Source: a virus | Length of the DNA: 64,000 nucleotides | Reading direction: 5' to 3' (one strand) | IMG/VR virus record: IMGVR_UViG_3300028920_000027 | Location: 118,336 to 182,335 of that record | In this document: positions 46,431 to 57,240 of the stretch, one piece after another | Layout: each line of letters opens with the position of its first letter | Numbering within the stretch: position 1 is the first letter of the stretch | The notes under the pieces: generated by a model | Told to the model about the DNA's origin: nothing | Database searches by the model: none | Seen by the model: the letters and a program-made list of their open reading frames with translations, nothing else | Made by a program: the position numbers and the translations under genes

Positions 46431-47109
46431 CAATCTTCGGATGCCGCGTGGCGCTAGGGGCTACCACGCGACTCCTGGGTTTCACAGAACTCGGAAGCAA
46501 ACGCATGGGTATTCGCCCGTCTCTCGTGCCAGCGCTTCATTTCCGGCGATGTTAGTCGTGTGGGCCATTGCGATCAATGCCCCCGAGTTGGTTCATTTGC
46601 CGTGGCTCTTGTACACTACCTGGCCTTTGGACACGTTCGCTCGTCCGCTGGGAGCCAGTGCGATACGTTGGGTGGGATCGCGCAGATCGTGTGTGCGGCG
46701 CTCACCCAGCTCGACGTTGCTCGGTGGAATGACAGCGGGAATTGACCATCGCCGGAGAAGTGCCGCGCCCCAACGCGCTCCGTAGGAGGCAGTGACGGCC
46801 CCCGGACGAGATATCCCGATTTGCCCGAAAAAGTGCCCGCACTAGAAATTCCGAAACTCGCGCTGAAAGCGCCTGGTTTCGAATGGGGGGCCCCTCCTTC
46901 CCGGGGCGGCCGAGGTTTTGCCCGAAACGGGCTACCTACGTGTGTTGGGGTGTGGGGACTGGATGGGCCCAAATCGGGGTCCTGGTCAACCCGAAAAAGA
47001 TAATCGAGCGGTTTTTTACGGCGGTACCCGGCCCGGGTACCAGCCCCGACACGCGAGTGTCACTTAGGCCGAACGTTTCCGAAACTCGCGGCGTATCTTG
47101 AAGGAAACG

Positions 47110-47565
47110 ATGAGTCATTTCGCCAAAGCCGCTGAGATCCTGAAACGTGCTGCCCAGGGGGAGATCCTGCCCCCTGATGATGGACACCGAGAATGTAGAC
47201 CATCGATGCCGCCCCCGCGTAGGGTAGGCAATCCCGTCCGCCTGAAGGAGGCGTACCAGTCGCTCTGGCGCCTCACCCTGGACTACATCCGGTGCCCGAG
47301 CGACCAGGCTCGGGGTAAGGTCATCTATCAGCACCGGGTGATAGGGCTCTTAGAGCCCGAGTGTGCCCCTGTGGGATCTCCCTGGGTGCGGCCCCCCTTC
47401 GGCAAGGACGAGACCTCCTTCGCGCCACTGCGAGCGTTGGACACCAAGGTCATGTCCCTTCTGGACATGAATAGACGGGGTGTACGTTGGCAGCGCCTCG
47501 CTCGTGAGGTGCAGGAGACCATCGAGAAGCAGATGCCCAGCTCGAGCACCGCCCCACGTACGTAG
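47110..47565 (+). CDS. Hypothetical protein
   Basis: AAGGA RBS; follows a CGAAC-N17-CGTAT motif. Confidence 0.6.
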   Translation: MSHFAKAAEILKRAAQGEILPPDDGHRECRPSMPPPRRVGNPVRLKEAYQSLWRLTLDYIRCPSDQARGKVIYQHRVIGLLEPECAPVGSPWVRPPFGKDETSFAPLRALDTKVMSLLDMNRRGVRWQRLAREVQETIEKQMPSSSTAPRT

Positions 47566-48461
47566 GCCCGCCCCTGACCTACGCTTGGAGCGGGGACCCC
47601 GCCGGGGGATGGGGAGGGACTCGGCGGGTTTGAGAGGCGTCTGCCAGGGGCGGAAGAGGGCAGGAACATCCACCCATTGATCGCCGCCCGAGAAGGGTGG
47701 GGGACCGGTACAGATGCTCCCTGCCCTCTTAGGGCAACAAGAAGATTCTCCCCACCCTCCAGCACCCAGTCCACCATACGTCGGGGTCCACAAGATCGTT
47801 CGAAGAAAATTCACGTCTTAGGGGTGTCTCTTCCTCCGAACGTTTGAAACCTGAGCAGCGTATAATGGTTCGTGATGAACATCGACACCCTGCCCACAAT
47901 CCCCTGTGCGCCGCCCGACGACTGCGTAGACAACGCTACGACCATTCCGGCACCGCCGCCGGTTCCTGCGGAGGACTCATGTTCCGCCGAGTAGAGCTGC
48001 TCCAGGCCGTGGTTGAGGCTCGCATGGAGTTCGAGGCCACGCGCATCCAACAAGGTCTCTGCCCCGCCTGCGGGCGCCCAGCGACCTTCCTGAGGCAAGC
48101 TTCATTCTCACATTGCCACATACGGCCTTCATCGCCGTACGGGAGGCAACCTTTGTTGGCGGTTTCTCCCACCTCGACGGGAGCGTCGAGACCGTGCCGC
48201 ACGAATTATCCTGAACGATCTGGGCGGGCCCAGCGTAGGGGGGAGTACATCATCACTAAGAACCAGTACCGCGTTGTAACGGCTCTTGAGGCCGTCCAGG
48301 GCCACGGCGCCGCGCACGTCGAGGTGGGCCGTGCCGTCGTCAACGCTTTCAAGCATGCGGTCAAAGGTCCGCGACTCCTACGAGTACACTCTCACCCAGA
48401 TGGTCGAAAAGGCTACTTTGCTCTGAACGTTTCCAAGGGTCGCATCGTATAGGGGAGTATC

Positions 48462-49090
48462 ATGACCAAGGACCAGCGCAGAGATTCCGAGACCGGCTAC
48501 GTGGTGACTATACACGCCATCATCGGGACCACGGCCCACGCTACCAGGCCGCCTATGCTGCCATCATCCGCTGTTTTCCCGAGGCCGAGGCCGGGCACCG
48601 CGCCTACGGTGAGATCGAGGTTCAGAGGGCGTTGCGCAGGTCGAGGAAATGGATCGACTTGCGGCAGCCCAGGCATCGCGGGAAGACGTCAATGCCTGAC
48701 CCCGCCAGACTCTCGGGGGACAGACAGTCGCTTGAGGTCACCGGGGATGCCCTGGCCTGTCCTCATCGCCTGGGTTGCGGGTGGTTCTCGTATCGAAAAC
48801 ACCGCCCTCACGAAGGCTTGCGGCCAGAACACACGATCCACGACCCCGCGAAGTACCTGCCTGGCGTGGATATCAGGGCGGTGGAGACCCAAACGGTCTC
48901 TGTTGGACAACAACTCCGCAAGCCACCCGGCAAGTCGGAGTACCTTCGCGCGACGGGCTCCGTGATCGGCTATGATAAGGGAAAGAACGCCACATGGTCC
49001 TTTGCAGAGTGCAGTGGAGGTCCGAAGAGTCACGGTCGCCCGATGGCGTCAAGCAACCACAAGGTTCCTCAGAATGACCGAGAAGATTGA
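48462..49090 (+). pseudogene. Hypothetical gene, probably frameshifted near 48520
   Basis: ATG with promoter and RBS; protein-like sequence continues in the 48632 frame. Confidence 0.4.
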
Positions 49091-49889
49091 GCCCCGCGTC
49101 CGTTCGACTGAACTGGCGCTTCAAAGAGAGGGTGAGCACACCGTTTCTGGAAGGGCGTTCGTGAGCCCGGCCCTCGACCTGCCGGACGGGGAACTACAGT
49201 CGTGGTTTGATCGCGCGTTCATCGACGATGACGACATTGAGCGCCTACCTCTTCTCCGAGAAGCGTTGTCCGCCGGTCCTGTGGTCGTAGACACGTATCC
49301 CGATTGCGACTCGCGTGGCGAACTCCACGCCTATGTCTTGGCGCCTGCCGTGACGGAGGCTCCGTTGTTTGCTTGCGTGTTGGCGACGACGGAGGCAGTC
49401 AAGATGCTGCTGAGAGAGCCGCCACATGCGATTCTCGAAACTGCAACTTTTCAGGTGGTCGGCGACCGCTTCACCACCGACTCCGTCCCTGCCGCTTTGC
49501 AGAACTGGGCGAGCCGAGTATTCGGCTTGGATGGGGTCGAATTCACGCTGCACCCATGGACAGAGCACGCGGACGCCGGGCTTCCTGATGTGTCAGAGAA
49601 GCAGATGCCCAGCTCGGGCACCGTTTGCGTGGCTGAATGGCGGCAGAGCACCGCCGCTGGTCAGTTCGGCTGGTATAGAACTAACCTCGGCTACGAGTTG
49701 CACGAGTACCGTCACGACGACACCACGGGAAGCACCAGCTCCCGCGTGCTTACTGTGGTGTATAAACACGGGAACTGCTTTGTTGGTCCGTGCCAACGGT
49801 GCGGGTCCGAGCACACAAGCCCCGTCAGTCCGGTTGGGCCATGGTGCTGTGCCCACTGCGGGGAGGGAGTAGAGGAACCCAATGTGTAG
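49074..49889 (+). CDS. Hypothetical protein with C-terminal Zn ribbon
   Basis: CQRCG..CCAHCG. Confidence 0.6.
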   Translation: MTEKIEPRVRSTELALQREGEHTVSGRAFVSPALDLPDGELQSWFDRAFIDDDDIERLPLLREALSAGPVVVDTYPDCDSRGELHAYVLAPAVTEAPLFACVLATTEAVKMLLREPPHAILETATFQVVGDRFTTDSVPAALQNWASRVFGLDGVEFTLHPWTEHADAGLPDVSEKQMPSSGTVCVAEWRQSTAAGQFGWYRTNLGYELHEYRHDDTTGSTSSRVLTVVYKHGNCFVGPCQRCGSEHTSPVSPVGPWCCAHCGEGVEEPNV

Positions 49890-50322
49890 CCACAAACATA
49901 CGTTCGAAGCCCGTACTAGGGGCTTTACGGGACCGGTGAGCGATAGCGAGAACAAAGCAGCGCACGGCTGCGTGTGTATCACCGTTGAGTGCCGCGATTG
50001 CGGGGCTCGCCGCGAGGAGAATCGCAACTGGCTCCACGTGGAGCGCGGGCCATGGGGGCCGAGCCGAGACGAGCGGCGGGCCAAGGTCGAGCAGCTCCAG
50101 CGTCGGTTACCGCCGATCCCTCCCACCGTCACCCTGATCCGGGCAGACGGTGAGACGGCTACGCTGACTCCCGACGGCGAGGGGATGCTCTTCGTCTCCT
50201 CATCTGCTGAGGTCAGCCAGCGCGAGCATTGTTCGCTCGTGGGGCTCTACCCACACCTTGACGCACTCATTGCTCGACGGCGGGCAGTGATGGCGCTCCA
50301 GGCGGAGGAGCGCGCAATCTGA
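49882..50322 (+). CDS. Hypothetical protein with Cys/His motifs
   Basis: CSHKH..CRDCG. Confidence 0.6.
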   Translation: MCSHKHTFEARTRGFTGPVSDSENKAAHGCVCITVECRDCGARREENRNWLHVERGPWGPSRDERRAKVEQLQRRLPPIPPTVTLIRADGETATLTPDGEGMLFVSSSAEVSQREHCSLVGLYPHLDALIARRRAVMALQAEERAI

Positions 50323-50393
50323 GAGTTCGGCGAGCGCAAACGCTATGCGACTGGGAGCGGGAGCACGCCGACCTTGCTGCCGCCGTCGCCGAG

Positions 50394-50732
50394 GTGCGGG
50401 CTCGAGTCGGGTTCGTGCCTTGTCAGCAGGGAGAACGACCGGTGGTATACTACGCAGTGTGCAACGCAAACGGGCCAATCAGCGTGGAGCTAGGCTCCAC
50501 CTTAGACGACGCCCTAGCGGCGTGGGAGGCGCTCGACGGACGCCGCGTCATCGACGACGCGAAGGCGGATGTTGAAGACGCGCTCGGCATCGCCGGCGCG
50601 TGCATGTCCGAGACGGAGTTCGATGCAGCGATGGAGGATTCTGGTGCTGAGTTCGTGCGGGAGCTCGGCGAAGTGGACCAGCACGGCCGCACAATGGTCG
50701 GTGACTGGTACCTCTGGGTGGTAGAATTATGA
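50394..50732 (+). CDS. Acidic hypothetical protein (start uncertain)
   Basis: ORF track. Confidence 0.5.
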   Translation: MRARVGFVPCQQGERPVVYYAVCNANGPISVELGSTLDDALAAWEALDGRRVIDDAKADVEDALGIAGACMSETEFDAAMEDSGAEFVRELGEVDQHGRTMVGDWYLWVVEL

Positions 50733-51256
50733 CCCACTACCTGCACCCGTCCGCAGACCTGGCTCTGCGGGCTATCAAGACCGCCCCGCCTGGAAATGTG
50801 AGAGCTCTCCTGTTGGAGGGCCCACCCGGATGCGGCAAGACGAGCTTCGCCGAGCACCTTGCTCGCGAGCTCGGCGCGCAACTGGTTTACCAGTTGCTCC
50901 ACTCCTGGTCTGACGACCAGGAGCTATTCCGCGGCGTCAACGTTGTTGCCGCTGTAGCGGGCGATGCTGATAGCGTCGCACAGCCCGGGGTGCTGGCACT
51001 GGCTGCCAGCGCATCCCACGCGGGGATCGTCGTGGTGTGCCTCGACGAGCTGGATAAGGCTCCAGATCGAGTAGAGGCCCTACTCCTTGATGTCCTTCAG
51101 TCGGGGCGCGTGCCAATTGCGCCCGGAGTGCATGAGCAACTCTGCCTTGACGGCAGGCGTCAGCGTTCTGTCGGTCGCAGACAGACGAATGGCTCCGCCA
51201 ACCAGACGCTCACTTGCAAGGGGTCGGCAGCGCCGAATCAATCCTTGCCGCGTTGA
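50729..51256 (+). pseudogene. AAA+ ATPase (MoxR/AAA_5-like), C-terminally truncated
   Basis: Walker A GPPGCGKT and Walker B VCLDELDKA present; similarity ends before the expected sensor-1 and Arg-finger motifs. Confidence 0.75.
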
Positions 51257-51263
51257 GGTTGCT

Positions 51264-51977
51264 ATGACTCACTACCACCCAAGCGCGGCTCTGGCCCCGG
51301 TGCTGCTCGGACTAGACGAGAACATCGAGCGGCGCCTCTGTAAGTCGTGTGGGACAGAGGTGAAGGTGGGCATCTTTTTCGGGATTGAGTGGGCCCATTT
51401 CCGGTGTTGGGCTTCTGACTGGCGCGGACATGTCGTCATGCACCGTACGTCCATGCGGACACGGTTCCTGAGAACACGACCGAGTACCGTTTTGCCGGAA
51501 ATCTCCCGGAGGTTGAGGCGGAAGATTCTCGCATCGCGTCGTTGCTCTAGACTGGAAGCGATCCAGGTGCTGGCGAGGACCTACCCTGACCTGCGACGAG
51601 GCTTTGCTGTACCGACCGTCCCACAGTCCACCATCGAAGCCGCCGGCTTCACCCCAGAAGCTCTCTTCGAGGAAGTCTGTGCAGTTTGCTACGATGCGAT
51701 GGAGGTACAAGGCACATCCGCCAGACAAGGTAGCCAAAGCGCTTCAGGGGAGTTGATGCCTGACTTGTGCGAGTGGAACCCCGAGCACGGTGTCGCTGCC
51801 ACCGAACGGCGCTTCGACAACGGTACCGTTGAGCGGGCAGGGTGCTCAAACCCTGCTCAACTGATAGTTGGGGCCAAAGGAAAGTGGCGACTTTGCCGAA
51901 GATGCGCATCACTGCCTTATTTTCGTCGCTATCGGGTCCGGATTGCCATCGGTGCGACTGCTGGGCGAAATGATTGA
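51264..51977 (+). CDS. Hypothetical protein with Cys clusters
   Basis: CKSCG..C; CEW..C..LCRRC. Confidence 0.5.
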   Translation: MTHYHPSAALAPVLLGLDENIERRLCKSCGTEVKVGIFFGIEWAHFRCWASDWRGHVVMHRTSMRTRFLRTRPSTVLPEISRRLRRKILASRRCSRLEAIQVLARTYPDLRRGFAVPTVPQSTIEAAGFTPEALFEEVCAVCYDAMEVQGTSARQGSQSASGELMPDLCEWNPEHGVAATERRFDNGTVERAGCSNPAQLIVGAKGKWRLCRRCASLPYFRRYRVRIAIGATAGRND

Positions 51978-52171
51978 ATACACAGAAACGGAACTGCGTG
52001 ACCGAGAGCGTAGACTGCGCATGGATCTAGCGTTGGCCATGGTCACGCTGCGTTGGTGCAGGTCGCACCAACTTTCACGAGCCGCAAGGCATCTACTGGA
52101 TTGCATTATTAGGATTCGCGAGGTTCTGCATGGCTGACGAGCTCCAGCGGTCGGTATTGTGGTAAGCCGCC

Positions 52172-53116
52172 ATGATCCAGTACACTCCTCGAGACTACAA
52201 GACTCTACTCTGCCAGCCCGCGCCCGGCTGGTCTAATGCTTCAATTGTCGAGCTGGTAGAGTTGGCCTGTGCCAACTGGCTCGACCCCCAGCATCCAGCC
52301 TGTCAAGTGGCAGGCGATGCCCTTCAAGAGCTCGGTATCAGTTCAGTTCGTGAGGTCGAGTTGGTTCCCGGGGTCACAACACGGATGCGCTGGATCCCGC
52401 CTGGAAGGTTCCTGATGGGGTCGCCGAAGGATGAGGTTCGGCGACACGCCGACGAGCAGCAACACTGGGTGACATTGACGCGCGGATTCTGGTTGGGGGA
52501 GACGGCGGTCACGCAGCGCGAGTGGGAGGCGGTGATGGGGGAGAACCCCAGCCGTTTCAAGGGCGAACAGCACCCCGTGGATAGTGTGAGCTGGAACGAC
52601 TGCGCAGAGTTCTTGAAGCGCGCCCCACTCGAACTGCGTCTCCCAACCGAAGCTGAATGGGAATACGCCTGTCGAGCGGGGACGCAAACGCCGTTCAGTT
52701 TTGGCGAGAACATCACCACTGACCAGGTGAACTACGACGGAAATTCCCCCTATCCTGGTGGTGCGAAAGGTGAGTACCGCAGGAAGACAGTTCCTGTGCG
52801 GTCACTCCCGCCCAATGAATGGGGCCTCTACGAGATGCATGGGAATACCTGGGAGTGGTGTAGCGACAGGTACGACAACTACCCAACGAAAGAGCAGCGT
52901 GACCCCGTCGGACCAGAAACAGGCATTTACCGTGTCCTGCGCGGCGGCAGCTGGCTCAACTGCGCCTGGTACTGCCGCTCCGCTCAGCGCCTCGGGACCT
53001 TGCCGAACTACCGCTGGAACGACCTGGGTTTCCGCTTGCTCGCAGAGGGGCATGTCCTAGTATGTCCAGAAGCTGAACCCGCCTATGCCCCCGCTGAGGT
53101 GCAGTCCACGTCCTAA
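52172..53116 (+). CDS. Formylglycine-generating-enzyme (SUMF1/FGE-sulfatase) domain protein
   Basis: IPPGRFLMGSP..HPVDSVSWND..RLPTEAEWEYACRAG..GLYEMHGNTWEW..RVLRGGSW..GFR. Confidence 0.93.
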   Translation: MIQYTPRDYKTLLCQPAPGWSNASIVELVELACANWLDPQHPACQVAGDALQELGISSVREVELVPGVTTRMRWIPPGRFLMGSPKDEVRRHADEQQHWVTLTRGFWLGETAVTQREWEAVMGENPSRFKGEQHPVDSVSWNDCAEFLKRAPLELRLPTEAEWEYACRAGTQTPFSFGENITTDQVNYDGNSPYPGGAKGEYRRKTVPVRSLPPNEWGLYEMHGNTWEWCSDRYDNYPTKEQRDPVGPETGIYRVLRGGSWLNCAWYCRSAQRLGTLPNYRWNDLGFRLLAEGHVLVCPEAEPAYAPAEVQSTS

Positions 53117-53117
53117 T

Positions 53118-53480
53118 ATGTCCATGCTTGAGGGCCAGGAGCCCGCGGTGTACCGGCTGAGCCACATCCGGCAGCCTGAAGGCTCGAACCTGTGTGGCCA
53201 AGCCTGCGTCGCCATGCTCGCGGGCGTCACCCTGGCAGAAGCGATCCGAGCTACCGGGACCCGCGGGCGTACCTCGACACGGCACGTGACCCATGCGCTG
53301 AGAGCGCTCGGATGCCGTCCCTACTCGCTCCGGAGAGGCATACCACCTGAGCTGGGCACCGGTCTCTGCCGCCTCCGTGACGCCCAGGATCGTGCACGCT
53401 CAGAGTTCGACGCCTGGCTCGTGGGCATCGCTGGCCGCTTCACAAGCTATGTCCCCGTCGGGCTGCGGACTACGAGCTAG
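53118..53480 (+). pseudogene. Peptidase C39-like N-terminal half, apparently truncated or fused
   Basis: Q..SNLCGQACVAMLAG present, but no HW motif downstream. Confidence 0.5.
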
Positions 53481-53929
53481 ATCCAGATCTTTGCTCTCCC
53501 AAATAGACGAAAAGCGACCGTTTTACGGGCCGCTTTTCGCCTGCCTTCTCGGGCGGGACGGGTCATTCCTACCCTATGGCCAACCTACTCGTCAACCCCC
53601 AGGTGTGACCTAGCCCTGACTTCCTCCTAGTTCGGCCGCTCAGATGGGGGCATCCGTTCCCGCTGTATTCCTTGTGTGGTGACGGCCCGCCGGATGGAGT
53701 TATTTCCGGTCGGCGGGCCTCGTCCCTGCCTGATAACACGCTTGACGCCCGCCCCTTCGGCGCCCCGCCCACCCCCTGCCTATCGGCTAAAAGTTCCGCT
53801 GAATCATACCCTCAAAACGCCGCTATCTTCGAAAAGTTCCACTCTTTCTCTCTAATCATTTGGAATAAGGGCAAATTCTGCGATTCAGCAGCTTGCACAA
53901 GTATTGGCGAGCGTGGTGTAGAGTGGGAA

Positions 53930-54352
53930 GTGGCTTCGAAGCGTGAGGCATTGAGTGTGAAGGCATCGGGGCCTGTGGTGTTGTTGTTGCGAGCGATGGC
54001 GCGGCGGTACTCGTGGGTGACGCTGCACAAGCTGACGTTGGTGTGTATTCGTTTGGGGCTGAGGGCACTCGACCAGCGCCCGCATTTGCTGGAGAAGGAG
54101 CTACGGGCGATGCAGGTGGAGAGGCAAGAGCATGACCCACGGAAGGGTAAGAAGAAGCGTGCAGTACGGCGGAAGGCAGCGGGGCCACCTCGGAAGGCCA
54201 AGCCGAAGCCGCCGGGGCCGGTAGCGCAGGGAGCGATACCGCCAGCGCCGAGGTTGAGAGAGGTATTGACGCCTGAGCTATTGGCGAGCGTGATGTCGGG
54301 TGTTTTGGGGAAGGGCAGTATCGAAGTAGACCTGAAGGAGCCAGATGACTGA
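53930..54352 (+). CDS. Basic hypothetical protein (possible DNA binder)
   Basis: GTG lies 5 nt after GGTG-TAGAGT. Confidence 0.55.
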   Translation: MASKREALSVKASGPVVLLLRAMARRYSWVTLHKLTLVCIRLGLRALDQRPHLLEKELRAMQVERQEHDPRKGKKKRAVRRKAAGPPRKAKPKPPGPVAQGAIPPAPRLREVLTPELLASVMSGVLGKGSIEVDLKEPDD

Positions 54353-54710
54353 GGGCTTCAGCTACACGGCGAGTTGGAGCATATCGGCATCGGAGTTGGT
54401 GGGGGCATCGAGGCTCGACCTGGTGGGTGCTGTTGAGCGGCAGTTGGAGGAGCAGCTAGCGAGGCATTGGGACCGGGTGGTAGCGGGGCTACTGGGCGAG
54501 GCGCCACTGGTACAGAAGCCAGCGATACCGCCATGGCGTCCACTGACCCCCTACTGGGCGCGGGTAGCGAACGTGGAGGCGCGAGGGGAGAGCGTGACGT
54601 CGTTGGATGAGCTATTGCCCGGAGCATCTCAGGCAGCTCGGGTATCGAGGAGCTGGGGCTGGACGCCACGGCCACTGACCTTGTGGGAGCGGCTTGATGA
54701 CAATGGCTGA
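54345..54710 (+). CDS. Hypothetical protein with TLWERL tag
   Basis: Ends PLTLWERLDDNG. Confidence 0.65.
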   Translation: MTEGFSYTASWSISASELVGASRLDLVGAVERQLEEQLARHWDRVVAGLLGEAPLVQKPAIPPWRPLTPYWARVANVEARGESVTSLDELLPGASQAARVSRSWGWTPRPLTLWERLDDNG

Positions 54711-54751
54711 ACGTTTTGGTCTTTTGGTGTAACCCCCAGAGAAGGATTTTC

Positions 54752-54955
54752 ATGAAGAAGCACCCTAGGATGAGCGAACACGTGGAAGGCCTACAGCCCT
54801 CCAGGACCGTCGAGCTGACCTGTGCCCAGTGCGCGTGGTCTGCCTGGTTCGATCCCCTAGCTCCCGAGGTCATGGCAGCCGTGGAGGGCGTTGTGCACAT
54901 CTGCACAACGTGTCGGGGCCGTGCTCTTCCCACAGAGAAAGCCTCATGCCCCTGA
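54752..54955 (+). CDS. Small Zn-finger protein
   Basis: CAQC..CTTC. Confidence 0.55.
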   Translation: MKKHPRMSEHVEGLQPSRTVELTCAQCAWSAWFDPLAPEVMAAVEGVVHICTTCRGRALPTEKASCP

Positions 54956-55917
54956 CCGGTGAACAGCGCGCTGAGTTACGACGGCTCGGGTGGACGGACC
55001 AGCAGCTCGGCAGTGCCGACAACCTGGGCCTGACCTTCGCGACACTCCGGGACGCCGAGGCCCATGAGCCAAGCTCCGTGGGGCGAACGCTCCAGGCATT
55101 GGGTCCGCCAGGCTCCGTTCAAGGCGTCCAGGTCGATCCTTCGGACCCGACCTTCGATGTCATCGAGCAGGTCCGGCAGATGACGGGGCACGGCATCACA
55201 TTCGCTCGCCAGGCGGTTCCAGAGCACCTTCCGTTTGACCTTTCAGGCGAGGCGGACCACTTCCAGGCCCTTACGCAAGCCGCCTTGAACGTTCCCCCTG
55301 AGTGGCAAGCCGCCAGTGGCCAGGTCTACCCTACCGTGGCAGAAGCCAACCAAGCCAACCATGCGTTTTTGGAAGCAGATATTCAGGGCTTCACGCGCCT
55401 GTGCCGCGATCCCGGGAACCAACGACGACCACATTCGCTCGACGAGCGGTTGCAGAGCACCTCACCTTCCCGTCCCGAGAATTGGGCCGAGGCCCTGCGT
55501 GCCTTGGGTGAGATGGGCTCGAACCCTGACATCCCGACCTGGAGGCAGCGTTTTGGTCTCAGCGATGAGGACGCGACAGTGTTACAAGTCGAGCACGCTA
55601 TGCAAGCGGTCACAACCCATGACATCACTATCGACCGTGAGTTCGTCGAGCGGTTGCAGCGCGACATTGCCTTTCATGCTCAATTCGAGCTCTTTTATGG
55701 CGCCTCACCCCGCGGTCGCCAGCAGTTTGGGGTCGAGTACCAGGGGGTGTTCGTCGACGAGGCCGCTAACTTCCCCGAGGTCTTCGTTCCCACCGAAGAG
55801 GAGATCAAGCAGATGTATGCCGACGACGCTCGTCGGGGACTGAGCGAGGACCAGCAGAAGATTCGGGACCGTCGGCCTACCCTGTGGGAACGGCTCAGGG
55901 AGGGCGGCGAACCATGA
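54946..55917 (+). CDS. Hypothetical protein with PTLWERL tag
   Basis: Ends RPTLWERLREGGEP. Confidence 0.7.
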   Translation: MPLTGEQRAELRRLGWTDQQLGSADNLGLTFATLRDAEAHEPSSVGRTLQALGPPGSVQGVQVDPSDPTFDVIEQVRQMTGHGITFARQAVPEHLPFDLSGEADHFQALTQAALNVPPEWQAASGQVYPTVAEANQANHAFLEADIQGFTRLCRDPGNQRRPHSLDERLQSTSPSRPENWAEALRALGEMGSNPDIPTWRQRFGLSDEDATVLQVEHAMQAVTTHDITIDREFVERLQRDIAFHAQFELFYGASPRGRQQFGVEYQGVFVDEAANFPEVFVPTEEEIKQMYADDARRGLSEDQQKIRDRRPTLWERLREGGEP

Positions 55918-56246
55918 TGGTCTTCGAGCCCGCCCTGCGCCGTATCCTTGACGACCTCCCCCGCGGGGCCGAGATCCTCAACGTCACTTTTGGTCAGCAG
56001 GCCCCCGCGCAACGCCTTCATCGTCTACGACGGGAAGTCGGGGCGTGGACGCGCTGAAACAGGCCGCCACGTCGGCGAAGTACCCCCGGTCCATTGTTCC
56101 TGAGATGCAGCGAGGCCAGCACTCGTACTACCGATGGTGCCCTCTAACCTTCGCCATCGAGCGGGTACCTCCCAAGGGGTCCGTGAGCGACGAGCATTTC
56201 CCCTCTTGGGCTGAACGATCCCAAGGGTCGCAGCGTATAGTGGTTC

Positions 56247-56540
56247 ATGAGCAAGTTCAGCATCCACAGCGAGTCCGTCACAGAGATCCCCTTCAACGCG
56301 GACGAGCTAGCCAGGACCGGTATCATCACGGTGAGCGAGGGTGTTGTCGAGATCTCTACCCCCAACGCCCGCATCCCGCTTCGGTTCTGGTTTCGCCGGA
56401 CCCACAACCGTGATCGTCAAGCTCGCACCTTGCACCTCATGAGCGGCCCTCGGACGAGTGACCACCCCGGCGAGTACCGCAAGGCTCGTGCCTGGGCCGA
56501 CGCCAACCTCCCCTCCCGCGCGGCGGCGGAGGCAAAGTGA
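56247..56540 (+). CDS. Hypothetical protein
   Basis: ORF track. Confidence 0.5.
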   Translation: MSKFSIHSESVTEIPFNADELARTGIITVSEGVVEISTPNARIPLRFWFRRTHNRDRQARTLHLMSGPRTSDHPGEYRKARAWADANLPSRAAAEAK

Positions 56541-56546
56541 TACCCA

Positions 56547-56732
56547 GTGGATCCACGCCTGGATTTGCTACGACAGCTCGGTCACTACGAGAAGCTACCA
56601 CCCGTAGGGTTTGTCATCGAGCGGTTGTGTTCCTCTGAGCTTTGCCATCGAGAAGCATCAAGAAGAGCCCCCCTGCCATGGGTAGACGGCCGACCCTGGT
56701 GGGAACGTTTCAGGGAGGCCGCCCGTGAGTGA
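56547..56732 (+). CDS. Small hypothetical protein with variant tag PWWERF
   Basis: Ends GRPWWERFREAARE. Confidence 0.45.
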   Translation: MDPRLDLLRQLGHYEKLPPVGFVIERLCSSELCHREASRRAPLPWVDGRPWWERFREAARE

Positions 56733-57240
56733 CCGCGTCATTGCCAAGGTCATTCCTGGCAAGCGGCCTCCCTTGAGCGTGGGAGACGCTTGCCTCACGT
56801 CGTGGCGCCAGTGGGTGCCTCAGCTGGGGTCCAGCCCCAGCCTCTCTATGTGGACGCCATGCCAAGGGCGGCTGCCCGTCACCGATCTGGGCAGGTTCAA
56901 CCATCCTCAGGCTCTGCTGGAAGACCTGAATCGTGGCTTGGACGACAAGGCTCAAGCTTGCCAACAGCGAGAGTTTCGGGACCATCAACTGAGCGACGAG
57001 CAGCGATGTGGGGCTCGGATTCTGGACATCATCATCATCAATGCCTTGAAGACTCTTTACAAGGGTTCGATACTCCTGGTCCATTTCCAGCTAACCTTCT
57101 CCGTGCGGTTTGCCATCGAGAGCGTTCCTGACTCGACCGTTGGGTTGATCTGTCCCCGCATCTTCGCCGAGACCGTGACTACATGGCATCCCGAGGGTAA
57201 GGTGGCCCCGACCCTGTGGGAGCGACTGGGTGATGGCTGA
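56725..57240 (+). CDS. Hypothetical protein with PTLWERL tag
   Basis: Ends APTLWERLGDG. Confidence 0.7.
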   Translation: MSDRVIAKVIPGKRPPLSVGDACLTSWRQWVPQLGSSPSLSMWTPCQGRLPVTDLGRFNHPQALLEDLNRGLDDKAQACQQREFRDHQLSDEQRCGARILDIIIINALKTLYKGSILLVHFQLTFSVRFAIESVPDSTVGLICPRIFAETVTTWHPEGKVAPTLWERLGDG

